From: an uncultured delta proteobacterium
GTDB lineage: Bacteria > Desulfobacterota > BSN033 > UBA1163
DNA: 64,000 nt
Assembly: GCA_963711845.1 (NCBI GenBank)
Contig: CAVQFR010000041.1
Location: forward strand, 21,182-85,181
Reading direction: 5' to 3'
In this document: positions 58,010 to 64,000 of the stretch, piece after piece
How the letters are laid out: each line of letters starts with the position of its first letter
Numbering within the stretch: position 1 is the first letter of the stretch
Position numbers and translations under genes: made by a program
The notes under the pieces: generated by a model
The model's input: only the letters and a program-made list of their open reading frames with translations
Databases searched by the model: none
Told to the model about the DNA's origin: nothing

Positions 58010-58864
58010 CTAAATAGAATAAGATGAAAACCCACCATCGACGGGCACGACCACGCCGGTGACGAAACTGGAAGCATCTGAAAGCAGCCAGACGAGGGTG
58101 CCAATCAGATCCTCCGGCTGGCCAAACCGTCCCATGGGCGTGTGCGCGATTGCCTTATCGCCGCGGGGCAAGAGGTCGCCCGTCTTCTGATTCACAAGCA
58201 AGAACTTATTCTGCTCGGTCATAAAAAAACCCGGCGCCAGAGCGTTGACACGGACGCCCGTGCGCGAAAAATGGACTGCCAGCCACTGCGTGAAGTTGCT
58301 CACCGCCCCCTTGGCTGCCGAATAGGCAGCCACTTTTGTGAGCGGTGTGAAGGCGCTCATGGAAGAAATGTTGACGATTGATCCCTGGCCCTTCTTGACC
58401 ATCCCCTGTGAAAAGACCTGGCTCACGAGAAACGTCCCCATGAAATTGAGATCAAACACCTGGCGGAATCCGGCCGGATCCAGATCAAAAAACGATTGGG
58501 CTGCCGGATCGGGCGATCCTGCGTGACGGTGGAATTCTTCGGAAGTGGTGGCACGAGGGTGGTTGCCGCCAGCGCCGTTGATCAGAAAATCAGGCGGGCC
58601 CCATAAGCTGCAAACCGCCTCGTGGCACTCCCGGACCTGATCCTTATCGAGCACGTCGCACCGAAACGCCTTGGCGGTTCCTCCGGACTGTGTGACGGCG
58701 AACGACCGGGCTTCGGCCTTTTTCAGGTCGATATCCAGCACAGCCACCTTCACGCCCATCGCACCCAGGGCTTCAGCCATGGCGCCGCACAAATCACCCC
58801 CGCCGGCGGTGATCGCGGCAACTTTTCCGTCGAGATCAAAACTTTTCAAGATATCGCTTTTCAT
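58010..58864 (-). CDS. SDR-family oxidoreductase (sugar-acid dehydrogenase-like)
   Basis: Rossmann motif GKVAAITAGGGDLCGAMA and catalytic YSAAK. Start ATG at 58864 after AAAGGAG. Confidence 0.8.
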   Translation of the reverse strand: MKSDILKSFDLDGKVAAITAGGGDLCGAMAEALGAMGVKVAVLDIDLKKAEARSFAVTQSGGTAKAFRCDVLDKDQVRECHEAVCSLWGPPDFLINGAGGNHPRATTSEEFHRHAGSPDPAAQSFFDLDPAGFRQVFDLNFMGTFLVSQVFSQGMVKKGQGSIVNISSMSAFTPLTKVAAYSAAKGAVSNFTQWLAVHFSRTGVRVNALAPGFFMTEQNKFLLVNQKTGDLLPRGDKAIAHTPMGRFGQPEDLIGTLVWLLSDASSFVTGVVVPVDGGFSSYSI

Positions 58865-58884
58865 TCCACCTGTACTCCTTTCAA

Positions 58885-59919
58885 TCACAATCCGCCCTGG
58901 TTTTGGACAAAGGTCATCACTTCTTCCCAGAAGGGCATGGAGATAGAGCAGCCGTGCCGGCTGGCAACCATTGCGCCGCAGGCGTTACCCAGTCGGCAGG
59001 CCTTCCGGAGGTCCCATTCCTTCACATACCCGTACAGGAACCCTGCGCCGAATGCGTCTCCGGCACCCAGGATGTTCTGAACCGTTACCGCAAATCCGGG
59101 TACGTCCTCTGCCGCCCTATCGCGCTGATGGACCCGGCAACCATGTCTGCCGCGCTTCTCCACCACCACCCGGGGTCCCCTTTCCAAAAGGGCGCGAACA
59201 TGCTCGGCCGTGTTTCCGATCACCCGGGCATCGGTCACCTGGGAATGGGTCAGCCGGACAGCCTGCGGGTCGGTCAGCATGGCGGCATTAATTTCATCCT
59301 CGGTACCCATAATGATATCCACGCAAGGAAGGGCGGAACGAACTGCGGCGCCGTAAGCACGGGGGTCGTTCCACTGGTCTGGCCGGAAGTCCAGGTCGAG
59401 GACAACGGTTGTGCCAGCTTTTTTGGCAATTTCCGCTCCGTACAGAGTGGCGCCCCGGCTCGGGTCTTTGCTCAGATTCGTGCCGGCAAACTGAAACACA
59501 CTGCTGTCGGTAACGGGAGCCGCCAGCACATCATCGATGTCCAGGGCGATATCGGCACAGTTATCCCGGTAAAAGACCAACGGAAACTTGTCAGGAGGCT
59601 CGATGCCCAGGACGACGAGGCTGGTGTGCCGGCCCGGTTTTCGGGGGCTGAATTGGACGTTCACTCCTTCCTTCTTCAGAAAATGGACAACGAAGTCGCC
59701 GACGGGATCTTCGCCAAAGGCGGTCAGTAAGGCCGATTTCAGTCCCAGCCTGCGGCACCCGACGCTCATGTTGGTGGGGGACCCACCCACATAGGCGGCA
59801 AAGCTTTTGATATCAACAAAGTCGGCCCCCACATCGTTGCTGTAAAGGTCCATGCAGGATCGGCCCATGTGAAACGTGTCATAAGTGCGCTGATCCTGGC
59901 GGGGGTCTTGGTGTTTCAT
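58885..59919 (-). CDS. PfkB-family carbohydrate kinase (2-dehydro-3-deoxygluconokinase / KdgK-like)
   Basis: Ribokinase-fold motifs (...GGSPTN... and GAGDAFGAGFLYG). Overlaps the SDR gene by 4 nt. Confidence 0.8.
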   Translation of the reverse strand: MKHQDPRQDQRTYDTFHMGRSCMDLYSNDVGADFVDIKSFAAYVGGSPTNMSVGCRRLGLKSALLTAFGEDPVGDFVVHFLKKEGVNVQFSPRKPGRHTSLVVLGIEPPDKFPLVFYRDNCADIALDIDDVLAAPVTDSSVFQFAGTNLSKDPSRGATLYGAEIAKKAGTTVVLDLDFRPDQWNDPRAYGAAVRSALPCVDIIMGTEDEINAAMLTDPQAVRLTHSQVTDARVIGNTAEHVRALLERGPRVVVEKRGRHGCRVHQRDRAAEDVPGFAVTVQNILGAGDAFGAGFLYGYVKEWDLRKACRLGNACGAMVASRHGCSISMPFWEEVMTFVQNQGGL

Positions 59920-60095
59920 TCTATGATTTTCAGCTTTTCTGGCTGGTTAAGTTCTCAAAACTGGATAAAAACCCGCTCATGATAACAATAAGAACTTGCT
60001 CTTAGGTGAGTTGAATATAACGAAAAATGGAGTTGTATGTCAACCTGAGAGACCACGGGGAAAATGCTTCTTGAAAACAGATTTCTCGAGAATGA

Positions 60096-60140
60096 TGGAT
60101 GTGTCTAAGAAAACATTTAATACGCCTTTCCCTTTGAGTA
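60096..60140 (+). pseudogene. Diverged 45-bp fragment copy of the redoxin gene (KKTFNTPFPL segment)
   Basis: gatgtgtctaagaaaacatttaatacgcctttccctt is about 85% identical to 51224-51262. Confidence 0.5.
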
Positions 60141-60193
60141 CCGAGGCTGTGGTTTTCCCCGCTATCTTGTTTGAATCACTGGGAAAAAAAGAT

Positions 60194-60222
60194 TGACATT
60201 CAAATGGGTCTGTGGTATTCAA
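60194..60222 (+). promoter_or_regulatory. Putative sigma70 promoter TTGACA-N17-TATTCA
   Basis: ttgacattcaaatgggtctgtggtattca lies about 30 bp upstream of the RBS and ATG at 60254. Confidence 0.4.
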
Positions 60223-60253
60223 GTCTCCATCAGTATGAGTGCGGGGGATGAGA

Positions 60254-60829
60254 ATGGACCTAGAGACAAAGGAGTATTTGGAAAGAATATTACTGGGCCT
60301 GACCACCAAAGAAGATCTGGAGAAGCTGAGGCAAGAAACGAAGTCGAACTTCCGTCAATTGAAAGAGGAGAATAAAAATCAGGTTCTTGAATGGAGACAG
60401 GAAGTCAAGGCCGATTTTGAGCAGTTGAGAAAAGGTGGGACGGGGGAAACCGATCCGATCCGGAAAGAATTCAGAGATGGAATTCAGGAGCTCAAGGTCG
60501 GGACTCAGTCTGCCCTTGATCAATCCTTCCAGAAATTAGAGACTTTTCTTCAAGACATCAGAGAGGAAAGAGAAACCCCTTCGGCTGATGCCAGGGAAAG
60601 GGTCAGCATCGATGTGAGTGGATTGAAGGATGGAATGGAGAGCCTGAGAGAAGGGATCAAGGAGGTGACAGAGGAGATCCACTACATCAAAGAGAAGATG
60701 AAAGACGGTTTTGTTGAAGTCCAAACGGAATTGGGTTCGATGATCAGATTTTCTTATGCAGATCTGGAGAGGAAATTTAACGCCTTGGAATCCAGAATCA
60801 AGGCCCTGGAAAAAATGGTTTTTCCTTGA
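60254..60829 (+). CDS. Coiled-coil protein of unknown function
   Basis: About 190 aa, highly charged with heptad-like periodicity (MDLETKEYLERILLGLTTKEDLEKLRQETKSNFRQLKEE...). Confidence 0.5.
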   Translation: MDLETKEYLERILLGLTTKEDLEKLRQETKSNFRQLKEENKNQVLEWRQEVKADFEQLRKGGTGETDPIRKEFRDGIQELKVGTQSALDQSFQKLETFLQDIREERETPSADARERVSIDVSGLKDGMESLREGIKEVTEEIHYIKEKMKDGFVEVQTELGSMIRFSYADLERKFNALESRIKALEKMVFP

Positions 60830-61068
60830 TACTTCGACGGCACCCAGCCCCGACTTTTAGCACGGGGTTTAAAGCGCCGCTCAGTATCAACCCTGAGCAA
60901 CCCCTGGGCTTAGACCGGGGAAAGTCGAAGGGTTGATTCTTTATAAAAGACACCTGTTGAATACCGCCCAGCTCTGCTGGGCGGATGAAAACAGGTTCGC
61001 CGAAGACGAAATGTTTTAGAGTTTTAAATTGATAATTCCATGTAGCTTGGTACAGGGTTACCTCATCT

Positions 61069-61156
61069 GTCATTCCCACGAAAGTGGGAATCCAGGCTTG
61101 TTCCTTGGAAAACAGGGGACCAACATAAACTGGATTCCTGCTTGCGCAGGAATGAC
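61069..61156. repeat. Nested palindromic element (GTCATTCC-cacgaaagtg-GGAATCCAG ... CTGGATTCC-tgcttgcgca-GGAATGAC)
   Basis: Two internal hairpins whose outer arms are also mutually reverse-complementary. MITE/REP-like. Confidence 0.6.
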
Positions 61157-61210
61157 GACATGGAAATAGGTTTTGAATCTTAATGCTCCGCAGCTCTGCT
61201 GCGGGGTAAT

Positions 61211-61933
61211 TTACTTGCCGCTTTTCTCTTTATATCCTCCTGCAAAAGTAATGACGCAGACAGTCCTGTAAGTGGCATGATGACCGCAGGCCACTCCGAT
61301 CACACGAAAATCCGGGTTGAAGATGTTTTTTCTGTGCCCCCGACTCGAGACCCCATCGTCTATCATTAGAAACATCACAATACTCCGAGCTTTGTCGCTG
61401 CCATAGGCTATATTTTCACCTATGCTTTTTTCCCAAGTCCCGTAGCGATTGACTCTATCCCGGGGCTGGCTGCCATCGCTCCCCTTGTGTTGGGTGGAAC
61501 CTGATGGTCCTTGATCCGTCACATGATCCCTTGCTCCCGAGGACATACCTTTCGAAGGGTTCAGGGGAGGGAGTGGTTTGGCAGAGCGCAGAAAACGTAT
61601 GGCCTCGACCACCGCTCCCACTCCTTCGTTTGTCAGTATGGGAGTCTGTCCAGGGAGTCTAAGGAGTTTCTTATCATAATACTTCTTATATTGTTCAAGG
61701 AAAGAAGAGTAGTCTTTGGGAGCCGTTCGGGCCATGTTTAACTCATGAACCACTGCATTTTCCAAAGACGAAAGAAATTTGGCTTCTCCGATGCTGCTGG
61801 ATCGGGGGGATCCAACAGAGGGGCTGAACAAGAGAATCAGGAGGATAACCGATGAGATCTTGGAGGACAATCCGATCTTCCTGAATTCTCTTCGTTTCCC
61901 ATTCAGGATAGAGTGAAGAGAGCGAAGGACCAT
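61211..61933 (-). CDS. CAP-domain (SCP/PR-1-like) secreted protein
   Basis: N-terminal signal/anchor. C-terminal CAP motifs (...GENIAYGSD...GHRKNIFNPDFRVIGVACG...). Confidence 0.7.
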   Translation of the reverse strand: MVLRSLHSILNGKRREFRKIGLSSKISSVILLILLFSPSVGSPRSSSIGEAKFLSSLENAVVHELNMARTAPKDYSSFLEQYKKYYDKKLLRLPGQTPILTNEGVGAVVEAIRFLRSAKPLPPLNPSKGMSSGARDHVTDQGPSGSTQHKGSDGSQPRDRVNRYGTWEKSIGENIAYGSDKARSIVMFLMIDDGVSSRGHRKNIFNPDFRVIGVACGHHATYRTVCVITFAGGYKEKSGK

Positions 61934-62658
61934 AGAAAAGCCTTTACCCCGTTAGAAATAATGCCCCGCTGCTCTGCAGCGGGGTCAGGTTTTATAATAA
62001 CTCCGTCAGGGTTTAATGCCCCGTTGGAATTTCTAACGGGGTTTACCTCTTGAAAAAGCTGACTTCTTTTTCTGGTTCCATGCCTTTTGAGACCAAACTT
62101 TTTTATGAAATTCTGAATCTCTTCCCACTCCCGATCTATATATTTTAATCTCTCGAAAGGAGAAAATTTAGAAAACCAGAGGAGATCCTGGTCAAGTTGG
62201 CGTTGTCGCCACAAAGGGATATCGTTAAGAGATTTGGGGTAAACAATCTTTCTTCTTGTCACTTTCTTTCCCCCAGCGCAAAATATTCTATCATGTTTTG
62301 TAGCAAGATTTTGAACCAAAAGGGAAAATAAAGGAAGCGTACCTCTACCCTCTGAGGAGCGGGAATGGTCACCTAGAGAATTTGAGACGAATGAGAATCG
62401 CCCGAAGTGATCCCAGGAGGGAAATAGGCGGTCTGTCTACCACGACGGAAGGCCAGCACGCGCTTGGGTGACTGAGTATAGAGGACCCGGGCCAGATGTT
62501 CCGGGAAGAAGAAAGACTTGGGAACGGTCAGGGTCTTACCGGCAAAACGGTGCAAGAAATCGCTCACCGCCACCGTGCAGAACAATCCGATCGTCGTCGT
62601 CGTGAACCGGCCCGCGGGGTGATTTTTATCAGTTCCGTTGAGGAGGACATCGTATAGG

Positions 62659-63117
62659 TCACGGGCTACCTTCAGGTTTCAGATCCCATTCAAAAACCTC
62701 CACCTCCAGGCTGCTGAAACGCCAGATATGCCGTACGTACGTTTCGAGGTCCGGCGGGTTGATGCGTATCAGGTCCTTGCTTCTCACATCCTCCGGAAGA
62801 TCAACGCCATACCCACCCCCCGGGTCCCAAAACAGAACCGGCCGACCGGGACAGACCAATCGTAAAGCGGAGTGGTGATCCCATGCCGGCCCATAAACGA
62901 TGATGACCTGGAGCAGGGGTTGGTCTGGGGGATCCGCAACGGATTTCATATCAATCGGAGCATTCTCCCAAAGGCTTGGGCGATAAGGAGCAGGGGCGTG
63001 GACACAACCCACCAGCAGACAAATAATTAAAAGCAAAGCCGGAATGAAATAAGCTTTGATGTGTTTCGTTTTTCTGGAGAATTCTGATCGGGTCTCCATA
63101 GGATCACCCGTCCCCAT
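62659..63117 (-). CDS. Hypothetical lipoprotein
   Basis: Lipobox LLVGC. No domain recognised. It may continue into ORF 62373..62585 through another frameshift. Confidence 0.4.
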   Translation of the reverse strand: MGTGDPMETRSEFSRKTKHIKAYFIPALLLIICLLVGCVHAPAPYRPSLWENAPIDMKSVADPPDQPLLQVIIVYGPAWDHHSALRLVCPGRPVLFWDPGGGYGVDLPEDVRSKDLIRINPPDLETYVRHIWRFSSLEVEVFEWDLKPEGSP

Positions 63118-63316
63118 GGCTCTATGCGATCAAGGCGAAAATGAACTTTCTGCCGCAGCATAGGCCCTTCAATGCAAACTTATGACAGATGTTTGGCAGA
63201 ATAAATGGGCTGGAAACGGTATTTTTTGGTAAAAAGAGATGTATTTTTAAATGGGCGAGCTCGAGTGCCTTTATCTTTGCCTATCGATTTTGTCGAGAAC
63301 TCGAAAGACGAATTTC

Positions 63317-64000
63317 TCAAAATAAGGCCTGAACAAATTCCGAGGCGTTAAATTCCTTCAGGTCTTCGATTCCTTCTCCCACGCCGATATATCGAATTGG
63401 AATTTTCAGCTCTTCTGTGATTCCGATAATGATTCCTCCCTTGGCTGTCCCGTCGAGCTTGGTAAGGGCGATCCCCGTCACCCCGATGGCCTCATTGAAG
63501 AGTTTCGCCTGAGAGATCGCGTTCTGACCGGTTGTGGCGTCAAGGACGAGGAGGATCTCATGAGGCGCCCCGGGGCATTCTCGCCCGATAATCCGTTTCA
63601 CCTTTTTTAACTCTTCCATCAGATTCACTTTGGTGTGGAGCCTTCCCGCTGTATCGATGAAGACGAGATCGATCTCTCTGGCCTTGGCGGCATGGATGGA
63701 GTCGAAGGCCACAGCGGAAGGATCCGATCCTTTTGATTGTTTGATCAGATCGGCTCCGACCCGATTGGCCCAGATCTCAAGCTGTTCAACCGCAGCCGCC
63801 CTGAAGGTATCCGCGGCGCCGACCAGGACCTTTTTCCCCTGCGACGAATATTGATGGGCAATCTTTCCGATGGTGGTCGTTTTGCCGCCGCCATTGACTC
63901 CAATCACCATCATGACAAATGGCTTCGTCTGAGAGAAGTCGATGGAGAGAGGTTTTTCCCCTAATTTTAGGATCCGAAGGATCTCTTGTTTAATAAACTC
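63317..64000 (-). CDS. ftsY: Signal recognition particle receptor FtsY (C-terminal NG/GTPase domain; 5' part lies beyond the window)
   Basis: GTPase motifs [18 protein letters not shown] and TKLDG. The ORF is open to the window end. Confidence 0.9.
   Translation of the reverse strand, partial: EFIKQEILRILKLGEKPLSIDFSQTKPFVMMVIGVNGGGKTTTIGKIAHQYSSQGKKVLVGAADTFRAAAVEQLEIWANRVGADLIKQSKGSDPSAVAFDSIHAAKAREIDLVFIDTAGRLHTKVNLMEELKKVKRIIGRECPGAPHEILLVLDATTGQNAISQAKLFNEAIGVTGIALTKLDGTAKGGIIIGITEELKIPIRYIGVGEGIEDLKEFNASEFVQALF

Noticed and set aside
58903-59730. 275 aa plus-strand ORF and 58971..59291
   Set aside because: Antisense to the PfkB kinase gene, which carries the conserved GAGDAF motif.
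1-64000. CRISPR arrays, transposases, integrases, toxin-antitoxin or other canonical defence modules
   Set aside because: No regularly spaced direct repeats with unique spacers, and no ORF with transposase, integrase, Cas or restriction-modification signatures, were found. The periodic repeats present are 7-8 bp tandem motifs without spacers.

Overview
This 64 kb window reads as a chromosomal segment of an anaerobic bacterium (about 48% GC). It has a periplasmic selenocysteine formate dehydrogenase, Por/Bfu-type redox modules, and TRAP and ABC transporters, all of which suggest a Desulfobacterota-like origin. Gene calls were made by reading the six-frame ORF track against the raw sequence.

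Main blocks:
- 1-20.1 kb: a mostly minus-strand catabolic island. It holds a CoxMSL/Hcr-type molybdenum hydroxylase, a DctPQM TRAP transporter, UspA, a PaaK-type CoA ligase, a hydantoinase A/B pair, a split B12 acyl-CoA mutase, a GntR regulator, a family III CoA-transferase, an acyl-CoA dehydrogenase and a FixX ferredoxin. This gene content matches what I recall of the anaerobic indoleacetate (iaa) clusters of Aromatoleum/Azoarcus.
- 20.1-22.3 kb: an AT-rich stretch with few genes.
- 22.3-26.6 kb: a conserved housekeeping block in the order tadA, tRNA-Ser(CGA), tRNA-Ser(GGA), SRP RNA, dnaX, ybaB, recR. A rearrangement scar sits next to the first tRNA.
- 26.8-33.2 kb: PorGDAB (2-oxoacid:ferredoxin oxidoreductase) directly followed by NuoE-like, HydB-type NuoF-like and NuoG-N-terminal/HoxU-like genes. 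I read this as a candidate NAD(H)-coupled, possibly electron-bifurcating, oxoacid oxidoreductase.
- 33.2-40.0 kb: an Hsp20 gene, a DUF4398/OmpA lipoprotein pair, folK, tatA, tRNA-Sec (selC), lpd, yggU and pgeF.
- 40-52 kb: rluD, selA, a B12-radical-SAM gene, fdhE, fdhB and a Tat-exported Sec-containing FdhA. Many genes here are split by single-base frameshifts (fdhA N-terminus, rSAM, selA, rluD, redoxin twice, gntK), which points to assembly indel errors or real decay. A signal-peptide metallophosphoesterase (5'-nucleotidase family) carries an in-frame TGA in a C-P-T-U context with a SECIS-like GGUC-loop hairpin downstream, so it is a candidate new selenoprotein.
- 51.6-59.9 kb: a higher-GC sugar-acid cluster on the minus strand in the order KdgK-like kinase, SDR, ABC transporter, LarA-family (nickel hydroxyacid racemase/epimerase) homologue, gluconokinase.
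- 60-64 kb: a coiled-coil protein, a CAP-domain protein, lipoproteins and the 3' part of ftsY, interleaved with GC-hairpin and palindromic repeats.

Several families of 7-8 bp periodic intergenic repeats recur within operons across the window. No CRISPR array, transposase or obvious defence system was seen.
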